Assembly: GCA_017427775.1 (NCBI GenBank)
Contig: JAFRSD010000024.1
Coordinates: 25,808 to 89,807, forward strand
Length of the DNA: 64,000 nucleotides
Source: Lachnospiraceae bacterium
GTDB lineage: Bacteria > Bacillota > Clostridia > Lachnospirales > Lachnospiraceae
Direction: 5' to 3'
This document shows, piece by piece, positions 1-9,161 of the stretch. Every line of letters begins with the position of its first letter. Within the stretch, counting starts at the first letter, position 1. A program made the position numbers and the translations under genes. The notes under the pieces were generated by a model, which worked only from the letters and a program-made list of their open reading frames with translations, was not told the origin of the DNA and did no database searches.

Positions 1-654
1 GAAGTTATTAACGATGTGATGCCGAAAGTGGAAACGGCGGTTCTTTCCGGACCGAGCCACGCGGAAGAGGTAGGACGCGATATCCCGACCGCAGTCGTTG
101 TCGGCGCAAAGCGTCATGAAACCGCGGTGATGATCCAGGATACGTTCATGAACGATTATTTCCGTATCTACATCAATCCTGACGTGATCGGCATCGAGCT
201 CGGCGGCTCCTTAAAGAACGTGATCGCGCTTGCCGCGGGCGTTGTGGACGGACTCGGACTCGGTGACAATACGAAGGCGGCTTTGATGACGAGAGGTCTT
301 ACCGAGATCAGCCGTCTCGGCGTAGCAATGGGCGGCAATCTGGAGACGTTCCTCGGACTTTCCGGCATGGGTGATCTGATCGTAACCTGTACGAGCATGC
401 ACAGCCGTAACCATAACGCCGGCTATCTGATCGGAAAAGGCTACACGATGCAGGCAGCCATGGATGAGGTTAAGCAGGTCGTGGAGGGCGTTTATTCCGC
501 TAAGGCAGCGCTTCTTCTCGCCGCCAAATACAATGTGGAAATGCCCATCGTGGAGCAGGTCAACAAGGTGCTTTTCGAAGGCCGCACGGCAAAGGAAGCG
601 CTGGATGATCTCTTTACGAGAGCAAGACAGGAAGAAGTCAATTGGAGCAAGTAA
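1..654 (+). CDS. gpsA: NAD(P)H-dependent glycerol-3-phosphate dehydrogenase, 5'-truncated by window edge
   Basis: Frame is open from base 1. The translation (LSGPSHAEEV, GSLKNVIALAAG, GDLIVTCTSMHSRN, YLIGKG) matches the C-terminal two-thirds of GpsA. Confidence 0.9.
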   Translation, partial: EVINDVMPKVETAVLSGPSHAEEVGRDIPTAVVVGAKRHETAVMIQDTFMNDYFRIYINPDVIGIELGGSLKNVIALAAGVVDGLGLGDNTKAALMTRGLTEISRLGVAMGGNLETFLGLSGMGDLIVTCTSMHSRNHNAGYLIGKGYTMQAAMDEVKQVVEGVYSAKAALLLAAKYNVEMPIVEQVNKVLFEGRTAKEALDDLFTRARQEEVNWSK

Positions 655-678
655 GCCGCTCCGTATTGAGGATTTAGC

Positions 679-1494
679 ATGAAACGATGGATTGTAGTCG
701 GTGAGATCGTCATAATCGGCATATTGATAGCGCTGATTTTTCTCGATTTTACCGGCATCGGACGTAAGAACCGAAAACAACTGAGCGCAATCGACCATGT
801 TTCCGGAACAGGTACGCCGGGAACGGAGATCATCACGCCGATGTCAGATGACCCGCTCGTGTACCACAAGGAAGGAGACATTCTCGTTCCGCCTTCGCCG
901 ACCCCGACGCCGACCCCGACGCCGCTTCCGCCGACCCCGACCTTGTCCCCGGAGGAGCGGATCATTCAGGACGGTATCAATAAGGCGTATGCGATCTCGA
1001 TTCCGGGCGGCATTGCATTTGCCAACGTCACGGATTATCTGAGCATACGGCGCGAACCGGACGGAACCGCGGCGCGTCTAGGACTGATGAACCCGGGCGA
1101 CAGCTGCATCGTGGAATCGGTTAACGGTGACTGGGCGTACGTGAAAAGCGGTGCCGTGAAGGGCTATTGCAGAGCAGACCTTCTGATCCGCGGCCTGGAA
1201 GGTGAAGAGTACGCGAAGGAGCACGTTGTGTATATCGCCACGGTTACGAGCCCGGTAAATGTGCGAAGCGAGCCGACCACCCAGGAGGATAACATTATCG
1301 CATCGCTCGATCAGGGCGCGATCGTGACGGCCAAGACGCCGGCGCTCCGCAGTAAAGGCGACCCGACAACGCCTTTGTTTATCGAAGTGGAACTCAAGGA
1401 CGGAAAGACCGGATATATCGCGAGCAATAAAGCGGATATCACTTATACATGGCCGGTCGGACACGCGATTGATGATACAAAAGAACAAAAATAA
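679..1494 (+). CDS. membrane-anchored SH3b-domain protein with Pro/Thr linker
   Basis: N-terminal hydrophobic helix (IVVGEIVIIGILIALIFL), then a PSPTPTPTPTPLPPTPT linker. Two bacterial SH3-like units follow (YLSIRREPDG...GDWAYVKSGAVKGYC; VNVRSEPTT...TGYIASNK). Confidence 0.7.
   Translation: MKRWIVVGEIVIIGILIALIFLDFTGIGRKNRKQLSAIDHVSGTGTPGTEIITPMSDDPLVYHKEGDILVPPSPTPTPTPTPLPPTPTLSPEERIIQDGINKAYAISIPGGIAFANVTDYLSIRREPDGTAARLGLMNPGDSCIVESVNGDWAYVKSGAVKGYCRADLLIRGLEGEEYAKEHVVYIATVTSPVNVRSEPTTQEDNIIASLDQGAIVTAKTPALRSKGDPTTPLFIEVELKDGKTGYIASNKADITYTWPVGHAIDDTKEQK
898..942 (+). repeat. imperfect 12-nt tandem repeat (CCGACCCCGACG) encoding the Pro/Thr linker
   Basis: CCGACCCCGACG occurs at 898-909 and 910-921, with a near copy at 931-942. 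All copies are in frame inside the SH3-protein ORF. Confidence 0.8.
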
Positions 1495-1515
1495 AATATT
1501 GAGGAGATAACAACT

Positions 1516-2598
1516 ATGGACATGACACTTCGCTGGTACGGAAAAGATATGGACAGCGTAACGCTTGAGCAGATCCGTCAGATTCCCGGTGTGACCGGCG
1601 TCATTTCGTCGCTTCATAAGGTTCCGTGCGGTGTTGCCTGGACTTATGAGCAGGTTAAGGAATTAAAGGACGAGGTTGAGGCTTCGGGCCTGAAACTTCT
1701 CGGAATCGAGAGCATCAACGTGCACGAGGACATCAAGCTCGGCGCACCGACGAGAGACATGTATATCGAGAACTACTGCAAGTCGCTTGAGGCATGCGGC
1801 AGGAACGATATCCACCTTGTATGCTACAACTTTATGCCGATCTTCGACTGGACGAGAACCGATCTCGCGATGCCGCTTCCGGACGGTTCCACTGCACTTG
1901 CTTACGACTCGAACCTGATCGACGGCATTGATCCGAATACGATGTTCGAGCGTATGGAGAACGCCTCCGGCGGATTTATCCTTCCCGGCTGGGAGCCAGA
2001 ACGAAAAGACGAGATCAAGGAACTTTTCGAAAAATACAAGGGCGTTACCGCAGACGATCTGATGAACAACTTCAAGTATTTCCTCGACGGCATCATGCCG
2101 ACCTGCGAAAAGTATCAGATCAAGATGGCGGTACATCCGGACGATCCCGCATGGAGCGTTTTCGGACTTCCGCGTATCGTAACGAGCGAGAAGGCTCTTG
2201 AGACGATCGCATCGCTCAATCCGAGTATCTACAACGGCTTTACGCTTTGCACCGGTTCCCTCGGTTCGAACCTCGAGAACAATCTGCCGCAGGTGATCCG
2301 CAATCCGAAGATCGCGCCCAGAATCCATTTTGCGCACCTTCGTAACATTAAGTTCGAGGCGCCCGGTGTGTTCCACGAGAGCAGCCATTTGAGTTCTGAC
2401 GGAAACTTCGATATGTACGAGATTGTGAAGGCGCTTTCGGACATCGGATTTGACGGCGTGACGAGACCTGACCACGGACGCATGATCTGGGGCGAGCAGG
2501 CAAGACCGGGCTACGGCCTCTATGACCGCGCACTCGGCGTTGCTTATCTGAACGGCCTCTGGGAAGCCATTAAGAAGAGCAGCAAAGGAGAGCAGTAA
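1516..2598 (+). CDS. uxuA: mannonate dehydratase
   Basis: 360 aa. N-terminus MDMTLRWYG...LEQIRQIPGVTGV and overall length are typical of UxuA. RBS GAGGAG lies upstream. Confidence 0.9.
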   Translation: MDMTLRWYGKDMDSVTLEQIRQIPGVTGVISSLHKVPCGVAWTYEQVKELKDEVEASGLKLLGIESINVHEDIKLGAPTRDMYIENYCKSLEACGRNDIHLVCYNFMPIFDWTRTDLAMPLPDGSTALAYDSNLIDGIDPNTMFERMENASGGFILPGWEPERKDEIKELFEKYKGVTADDLMNNFKYFLDGIMPTCEKYQIKMAVHPDDPAWSVFGLPRIVTSEKALETIASLNPSIYNGFTLCTGSLGSNLENNLPQVIRNPKIAPRIHFAHLRNIKFEAPGVFHESSHLSSDGNFDMYEIVKALSDIGFDGVTRPDHGRMIWGEQARPGYGLYDRALGVAYLNGLWEAIKKSSKGEQ

Positions 2599-4199
2599 TG
2601 AAACTTACGGAATACATGAAGCAGGCGGACGATTTCCGCGCAAAAGGATATGAACTGCCGGCATACGACCGTGCGGCAATGGTGGAAAGAACGAAGAAGG
2701 ATCCGGTGTGGATTCATTTCGGAGCGGGTAACATTTTCCGTGCATTTCCCGCGGCTTTCTTAGATGAAATGCTGAATAAAGGGCTTACCGACCGCGGCGT
2801 GATCGTGGCGGAGGGCTTTGACTATGAGATTATCGACAAGGCATACAGACCGTATGACAATCTGAGCCTGCTGGCTGTTTTGAAGGCTGACGGAACCGTT
2901 ACGAAGAAGGTGATCGGCAGCGTTGCGGAGTCTCTGAAGGGAGACATGGAATCGGCCGATTTCGACCGCCTGAAGGAAATCTTCCGCGCGCCGGGGCTGC
3001 AGATGGTAACCTTTACGATCACCGAGAAGGGATACTCTTTAAAGGGACCCGACGGAAACCTCTCGGGCGTTGCGGCCGGAGACCTGAATGAGCGCGGTCT
3101 GAAGCCGGTTCTCATCATGGGAAAGGTTGCCGTACTGCTTTATGAGCGTTTCCTTGCAGGCGCTTATCCGGTTGCGATGTCTTCAATGGATAACTGCTCG
3201 CATAACGGCGATAAACTGAAGGATGCGATCCTTACCTATGCGAAGACATGGGAAGAGCAGGGCATCGTAAAGAAGGGCTTCGTTGATTATCTGAGTGATC
3301 CGGCAAAGGTTACGTTCCCTTGGAGCATGATCGATAAGATCACGCCGAGACCGGACGATGCGGCACGCGGCATGCTTGAGGCGGACGGCTTCGAGGATAC
3401 CGGCCTTATCATCACTTCCCGCAACACCTATACCGCGCCCTTCGTAAATGCCGAGGAGACGCAGTATCTTGCCGTTGAGGATACGTTCCCGAACGGACGT
3501 CCGGCACTTGAAAATGTCGGCGTTATATATGCGGACCGCGAGACCGTAGATAAGATCGAGAAGATGAAGGTATGTACCTGTCTGAACCCGCTCCACACGG
3601 CGCTTGCGATTTACGGCTGTATGCTCGGTTATACAAAGATTTCCGAGGAGATGAAGGACAAGGAACTCGTGAACCTGATCACGAAGATGGGGTATGTCGA
3701 AGCTATGCCGGTTGTTGTTGACCCCGGCATCATCAAGCCCGCCGACTTCATTAACGATGTATTAACGAAGCGTCTTCCGAATCCGTTCATGCCCGATGCG
3801 CCGCAGCGTATCGCGACCGATACGTCACAGAAGCTGCCGATCCGTTTCGGTGAGACGTTGAAGGCATACGGCGTAAAGGGACTCGATTATTCGAAGCTTA
3901 CGCTGATCCCGCTTGTGCTTGCGGGCTATGCGCGTTATCTGAGCGGTCTCGATGACGAGGGCAATGCGTTCGAGCAGTCCTCCGACCCGATGCTTGAAGA
4001 ACTGAAGAAGACCGTTGCCGGCTATACGCTCGGCGGCGATAACGACTATACGTCGCTTCGGGCTCTTTACGGGAGAAAGGACGTATTTGCCGTTGATCTG
4101 TATGAGATCGGTCTCGGTGAGACCGTAGAGGGGATGGTAAGAGAACTTTATGCCGGAAAAGGCGCCATCCGTAAGACTTTACAGAAGTATTGCGATTAA
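2598..4199 (+). CDS. uxuB: mannitol dehydrogenase-family oxidoreductase, probable fructuronate (D-mannonate) reductase
   Basis: 533 aa with the dinucleotide-binding start VWIHFGAGNIFRAF typical of long-chain mannitol dehydrogenase family enzymes. Its start codon overlaps the uxuA stop (TAATG). Confidence 0.8.
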   Translation: MKLTEYMKQADDFRAKGYELPAYDRAAMVERTKKDPVWIHFGAGNIFRAFPAAFLDEMLNKGLTDRGVIVAEGFDYEIIDKAYRPYDNLSLLAVLKADGTVTKKVIGSVAESLKGDMESADFDRLKEIFRAPGLQMVTFTITEKGYSLKGPDGNLSGVAAGDLNERGLKPVLIMGKVAVLLYERFLAGAYPVAMSSMDNCSHNGDKLKDAILTYAKTWEEQGIVKKGFVDYLSDPAKVTFPWSMIDKITPRPDDAARGMLEADGFEDTGLIITSRNTYTAPFVNAEETQYLAVEDTFPNGRPALENVGVIYADRETVDKIEKMKVCTCLNPLHTALAIYGCMLGYTKISEEMKDKELVNLITKMGYVEAMPVVVDPGIIKPADFINDVLTKRLPNPFMPDAPQRIATDTSQKLPIRFGETLKAYGVKGLDYSKLTLIPLVLAGYARYLSGLDDEGNAFEQSSDPMLEELKKTVAGYTLGGDNDYTSLRALYGRKDVFAVDLYEIGLGETVEGMVRELYAGKGAIRKTLQKYCD

Positions 4200-4212
4200 G
4201 TAAGAGCCGATG

Positions 4213-4241
4213 CTTCGAAGCCGGGCAGTCCGGTTTCGAAG
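4213..4241 (+). other. 12-bp stem-loop between uxuB and the MutS paralogue
   Basis: CTTCGAAGCCGG (4213-4224) pairs with CCGGTTTCGAAG (4230-4241) with one G:U; the loop is GCAGT. There is no U-tract. TTCGAAGCCGG is also directly repeated at 4214-4224 and 4235-4245. Confidence 0.5.
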
Positions 4242-4269
4242 CCGGCAAAGGCTCTTGAGGGGGATTTCA

Positions 4270-5952
4270 TTGAAGTATTTCATTATTGTTTTGATCGTGC
4301 TCGCCGCATTTGCAGTGCTCGGTATCATCGACCGGATCCGGAAAGAACGGGCGCTTCTTGCGGAAGTAAAGAAGAACTTCGGCGTTGCCACTGCGGAGGA
4401 GATCAATCCGGAGCGGTACAAATCGCTGAAGGCGTACCTGTCATCGCTTCCCGCACGGGAATCCGACATCGATTCCATTACATGGAATGACCTGGATATG
4501 GACCGAATCTTCCTGCGGCTCAATCATACGTGTTCGGCAATCGGTGAGGAGGTGCTTTTCGCGTGGCTTCATAAGCCGGAGATGAACAGCACCGAGCTAT
4601 TGAAAAGAGAGCATCTGACCGACCTGTTTGAGCATGATGAGAATGCCCGGATCAAGGCGGGACGCGCGCTTCTTCGGATGGGAAAGATGCGCCGCATCTC
4701 GGTTTACGATTACATGATGCGCCTGCATTCCGTTAAGGTTGAGAACAATCTGAAGCATTATATCGGTCTGGTACCGTATGGTGTCGGATTTGTCCTTCTC
4801 GGGATCGGGCAGGCAGGTGCCGGAATGGGAGTCATCCTTCTGACGGCGCTTTTCAACCTCGCAACGTATCTGACAAGAAAAGGACAGATCGGTCCTTATC
4901 TCGACGTGGTATCGTATATCGCGCGCTGGATCGGCGCGGTAGACCGCATGGCTTCGGAACTTTCCGGAATAGAGAACGAGACGCTGCTGGAGGAAATGGA
5001 AGCGCTGAAAAAGGATGCGGAAGTATTAAGGCCGTTCGCGAGAGGAGCCGTGATCCTTTCCCCGTCGGACCCTTCCGGCGGCGGACTTGCGGAGCTCTTT
5101 ATGGAGTACTTCCGGATGCTGACGCATGTCGATCTGATCCGGTTTAACAACATTTACGACCTCTTTTCGAAGCATCAGGAGGAACTGAACCGTTTGTTCG
5201 CGGGAACCGGTCTTCTGGACGCCTCCAGAGCGGTTGCCTCGTACCGTACGAGTATCGGAAGGTATTGCGTTCCGGTGCTTCACGATACGCCGATGTATAC
5301 GTTAAAGACCGAGGGAATCGGCCATGCGCTGATCGAGCAGCCGGTCGCCAACAGCATCGCTGCCGACCGTCCGGTGCTTCTTACCGGTTCCAATGCTTCC
5401 GGTAAGTCAACGTTTTTAAAGACTATCGCGATCAACGCGATCTTTGCGCAGACGATCCATACCGTTCTCGCCGCCAAATACGAAGCGGATTACTTCCGTA
5501 TCCTCTCGTCAATGGCACTGCGGGACGATATTGTTACGAAGGAAAGCTATTATATCGTTGAGATCCGGTCGTTAAAGCGTATTATGGATGCTGCGGAGGG
5601 AGAGTGCCCGGTACTCTGCTTTGTGGATGAGGTGCTTCGCGGTACCAATACCGCGGAACGGATCGCGGCAAGTTCCCGGATCCTTCGGTATCTTGCGGAA
5701 CAGAAAGCGCTTGTATTTGCCGCGACGCATGATCTTGAGTTGACGAGCCTTCTTGCCGATGTGTATGACAATTATCACTTCAGCGAGCAGGTGAAAGAGG
5801 ATATCGTTGTATTTGACTACCGCCTGAAGCCCGGCAAGGCGACTTCCCGGAATGCGCTGAAGCTTCTGCGCATGATGGATTACCCCGAGAAGATCACCGA
5901 CGAAGCCAATAAGGCGGTTGAGGAGTTTATGAACACGGGCGAATGGAAATAA
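4270..5952 (+). CDS. membrane-anchored MutS-family ATPase lacking the mismatch-binding domain
   Basis: C-terminal MutS domain V motifs are present: Walker [40 protein letters not shown] core-domain-like segment is also seen ([21 protein letters not shown]). Hydrophobic helices occur at the N-terminus and around [32 protein letters not shown] prefer the TTG start at 4270 (RBS GAGGGGG 4257-4263) over ATG 4210, because 4210-4269 contains the hairpin. Confidence 0.8.
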   Translation: MKYFIIVLIVLAAFAVLGIIDRIRKERALLAEVKKNFGVATAEEINPERYKSLKAYLSSLPARESDIDSITWNDLDMDRIFLRLNHTCSAIGEEVLFAWLHKPEMNSTELLKREHLTDLFEHDENARIKAGRALLRMGKMRRISVYDYMMRLHSVKVENNLKHYIGLVPYGVGFVLLGIGQAGAGMGVILLTALFNLATYLTRKGQIGPYLDVVSYIARWIGAVDRMASELSGIENETLLEEMEALKKDAEVLRPFARGAVILSPSDPSGGGLAELFMEYFRMLTHVDLIRFNNIYDLFSKHQEELNRLFAGTGLLDASRAVASYRTSIGRYCVPVLHDTPMYTLKTEGIGHALIEQPVANSIAADRPVLLTGSNASGKSTFLKTIAINAIFAQTIHTVLAAKYEADYFRILSSMALRDDIVTKESYYIVEIRSLKRIMDAAEGECPVLCFVDEVLRGTNTAERIAASSRILRYLAEQKALVFAATHDLELTSLLADVYDNYHFSEQVKEDIVVFDYRLKPGKATSRNALKLLRMMDYPEKITDEANKAVEEFMNTGEWK

Positions 5953-5963
5953 GGACGGTGCTT

Positions 5964-6452
5964 ATGGAGAAGATGAGCGTTGAACTCTATACCGACGGTT
6001 CCGCACGCGGCAACCCGGAAGGTCCGGGCGGTTACGGCGCGGTGCTCCGTTATGTCGGTCCGTCCGGGACGGTGCACGAGCGGGAATACTCCGCCGGCTA
6101 TGAGAAGACGACCAACAACCGGATGGAGCTGATGGCGGCGATCGTCGGGCTCGAAGCGCTTACGAAGTCCTGCAACGTTACGCTTTATTCCGATTCCCAG
6201 TATCTTGTCAAAGCATTCAACGAGAACTGGATCGAAAACTGGCAGCGTAAGAACTGGAAGCGCGGAAGCGAAGAAGTGAAGAACCGCGCGCTCTGGGAAC
6301 GGCTTCTGCGGGCGGTTGCAAAGCATGAAGTCACATTTGTCTGGGTAAAAGGACATGCCGGCCATCCGGAAAATGAACGGTGCGATAAGCTCGCCACCAC
6401 AGCCGCGGACGGGGAGGAACTCCTCACGGACGACGGCGGCGATCTTATGTAG
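5964..6452 (+). CDS. rnhA: ribonuclease HI
   Basis: [37 protein letters not shown] and [15 protein letters not shown] carry the RNase H D-E-D-D catalytic motifs. AGGA at 5952-5955 favours ATG 5964; an in-frame ATG at 5943 would overlap the upstream stop. Confidence 0.9.
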   Translation: MEKMSVELYTDGSARGNPEGPGGYGAVLRYVGPSGTVHEREYSAGYEKTTNNRMELMAAIVGLEALTKSCNVTLYSDSQYLVKAFNENWIENWQRKNWKRGSEEVKNRALWERLLRAVAKHEVTFVWVKGHAGHPENERCDKLATTAADGEELLTDDGGDLM

Positions 6453-6470
6453 GGAAGGAACTTACGGGAT

Positions 6471-9125
6471 ATGGAAATACCGATGGACAAACTGTCGCCG
6501 ATGATGGTGCATTATCTGGAGACGAAGAAGCAGTATGAAGACTGCATTCTGTTCTACCGTCTCGGCGATTTTTACGAAATGTTTTTCGATGACGCGCTTC
6601 TTGTTTCGAAGGAACTCGAGCTGACGCTTACCGGAAAGAACTGCGGGTTAGAAGAACGTGCGCCGATGTGCGGCGTGCCGTTCCACGCGGCAGACCTTTA
6701 TATCACGAAGCTAGTGGATAACGGTCACAAGGTTGCCGTCTGCGAGCAGGTGGAGGACCCGAAGCTTGCGAAGGGAATGGTAAAGCGGGAGGTTGTCCGC
6801 ATCGTGACGCCGGGAACCAACACGGCGCCGGAGAGTCTCGATGAATCGCGTAACAATTTCCTGATGTGCGTCATCTGGATGAATGACAGCTTCGGCGTTT
6901 CGACCATTGATATTTCGACCGGAGATTATTATGTAACCGAAGTGCAGAACGGGCGGAAGGTGATGGATGAGATCACGAAGTATGCGCCGTCCGAGATCGT
7001 ATGTAACCCTGCGCTTTTCATGTCGGGCATCGATACCGACGACCTGCACGACCGGCTCAGGATCGTCATTTCTCCTTTGGGAGACTGGATGTACGAGCCG
7101 AAGAACTGTGAGAAGGTGCTTCTCGAGCATTTTCACGTCGGGAATCTTTTCGGCATCGGACTCGGCGACATGCCGACAGGAACGATCGCTGCCGGCGCGG
7201 TGCTGAATTACCTTTATGATACGCAGAAGATTTCCCTGTCGCACATTACGGAACTGCATCCGTACGCGACGGGACGCTATATGATCATTGACAGCGCCAC
7301 GAGACGGAATCTCGAACTGTGCGAAACGCTCCGCGAAAAGCAGAAGCGCGGAAGCCTCCTCTGGGTCATCGACAAGACGAAGACCGCCATGGGAGCGCGG
7401 CTTCTCCGCCTCTTTACCGAGCAGCCGCTTCTTGATACGGATGAGATCCGGAAGCGTCAGGAAGCCATCAAGGACCTCAATTCGCAGATCATGACGCGTG
7501 AAGAGGTGCGCGAATACCTTAATGCCATTTACGATCTCGAGCGCCTGATCTGTAAGATCAGTTACCAGAGCGCGAATCCGCGTGACCTGATCGCGTTTAT
7601 GTCTTCCCTTGCGATGCTTCCGCCGATCAAAACGCAGCTGTCGGATTTTCACAGCAAGCTGATAAGAGAGGAACTCGCGCAGCTTGATACACTTACCGAT
7701 CTGCATGACCTGATCGAGGCCGCAATCGAGCCCGATCCGCCGCTTTCCTCGAAGGAGGGCGGGATCATCCGCACCGGCTATAACGAAGAAGTTGACCGTC
7801 TGCGGGAAGCCAAGACAAGCGGCAAGCAGTGGCTCAGCGAACTCGAAGAGCGCGAACGCAACAATACCGGGATCAAGAATCTCCGGATCAAATATAACCG
7901 TGTCTTCGGATACTATCTGGAGGTTACCAATTCCTTTAAGGAACTCGTGCCGTCCGAATGGATCCGCAAGCAGACGCTGACCGGCGCGGAGCGTTATACG
8001 ACGCCCGAGCTGAAGGAACTTGAGGATACGATCATGAACGCCGAGGACAGGCTGTTCTCGCTTGAATACCGCCTTTTCGCGGAAGTGCGTGAGCGGATCT
8101 TCGCCGAGGCGGACCGCATCCATAAGACGGCAAAGGCGATCGCCATGATCGACGCGATGGCAAGCCTTGCGTATGTAGCGGAGAGAAACCGCTATGTGTG
8201 CCCCGAGGTCAACAAGAAGGGCACGATCATCATAAAAGACGGACGCCACCCGGTTGTAGAGCAGATGATCCCGAACCAGATGTTCGTCGCCAATGATACG
8301 CTCTTAGATAACGGCATTAACCGCGTGAGCATCATCACCGGACCGAATATGGCCGGTAAGTCGACCTATATGCGCCAGACGGCATTGATCGTACTGATGG
8401 CGCAGATCGGAAGCTTTGTTCCCGCATCGAGCGCCGAGATCGGCATTGTCGACCGTATCTTTACGCGTGTCGGCGCAAGCGACGACCTGGCAAGCGGACA
8501 GAGTACGTTCATGGTTGAGATGACCGAGGTCGCGAACATCCTTAGGAATGCTACGAAGGACAGCCTTCTCGTTCTCGATGAGATCGGGCGCGGAACAAGC
8601 ACCTATGACGGACTTGCGATCGCCTGGGCCGTGATCGAGCATGTTGCCAACCCGAAACTGATCGGCGCGAAGACACTGTTTGCGACGCATTACCATGAGC
8701 TGACCGAACTCGAAGGCAAGCTCGAGGGCGTATGCAACTACTGTATTGCCGTAAAGGAACAGGGCGACGATATCATTTTCCTTCGTAAGATCATACGGGG
8801 CGGGGCGGACCGCAGCTACGGAATCCAGGTGGCAAGGCTCGCCGGCGTTCCTGAGTCGGTTCTGAAGCGTGCGCGCGACATCGTCGAGCAGCTCGTCGAG
8901 AATGATCTTGCGGAAAAGGCGAAGAATATCCGCGTGGCGGATACCGGTCCGGTGAAGAAGAAACCGGAGCCGAAGAAGGAGACCGTAACGGAGGGACAGC
9001 TTTCCCTGTTCGGCAACCCTGAGGACAGCATTATCGTTCAGCGTTTGCGTGAGCTGAACCTGTCCGAAATGACACCGATCGAGGCGCTGAATTATCTCTA
9101 TTCTCTGCAGAAAGAGATCCGGTAG
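6471..9125 (+). CDS. mutS: DNA mismatch repair protein MutS
   Basis: 884 aa. N-terminal SPMMVHYLETKKQY and GDFYEMFFDDA (Phe-x-Glu mismatch motif); Walker A GPNMAGKSTYMRQ; DEIGRGTSTYDG; FATHYHEL. Confidence 0.95.
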   Translation: MEIPMDKLSPMMVHYLETKKQYEDCILFYRLGDFYEMFFDDALLVSKELELTLTGKNCGLEERAPMCGVPFHAADLYITKLVDNGHKVAVCEQVEDPKLAKGMVKREVVRIVTPGTNTAPESLDESRNNFLMCVIWMNDSFGVSTIDISTGDYYVTEVQNGRKVMDEITKYAPSEIVCNPALFMSGIDTDDLHDRLRIVISPLGDWMYEPKNCEKVLLEHFHVGNLFGIGLGDMPTGTIAAGAVLNYLYDTQKISLSHITELHPYATGRYMIIDSATRRNLELCETLREKQKRGSLLWVIDKTKTAMGARLLRLFTEQPLLDTDEIRKRQEAIKDLNSQIMTREEVREYLNAIYDLERLICKISYQSANPRDLIAFMSSLAMLPPIKTQLSDFHSKLIREELAQLDTLTDLHDLIEAAIEPDPPLSSKEGGIIRTGYNEEVDRLREAKTSGKQWLSELEERERNNTGIKNLRIKYNRVFGYYLEVTNSFKELVPSEWIRKQTLTGAERYTTPELKELEDTIMNAEDRLFSLEYRLFAEVRERIFAEADRIHKTAKAIAMIDAMASLAYVAERNRYVCPEVNKKGTIIIKDGRHPVVEQMIPNQMFVANDTLLDNGINRVSIITGPNMAGKSTYMRQTALIVLMAQIGSFVPASSAEIGIVDRIFTRVGASDDLASGQSTFMVEMTEVANILRNATKDSLLVLDEIGRGTSTYDGLAIAWAVIEHVANPKLIGAKTLFATHYHELTELEGKLEGVCNYCIAVKEQGDDIIFLRKIIRGGADRSYGIQVARLAGVPESVLKRARDIVEQLVENDLAEKAKNIRVADTGPVKKKPEPKKETVTEGQLSLFGNPEDSIIVQRLRELNLSEMTPIEALNYLYSLQKEIR

Positions 9126-9161
9126 CGTTTCAGATACAGCGTATAAAAGAGGATTAGCGTA

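Noticed and set aside
4210-4269. ATG 4210 start for the MutS paralogue (MLRSRAVRFRSRQRLLRGIS...)
   Set aside because: This stretch forms a 12-bp hairpin and has no RBS. TTG 4270 follows GAGGGGG and begins directly at the hydrophobic N-terminal helix. The choice remains uncertain without experimental data.
6711-8249. 512-aa minus-strand ORF inside mutS
   Set aside because: It is antisense to canonical mutS and has no recognisable domain; a shadow ORF.
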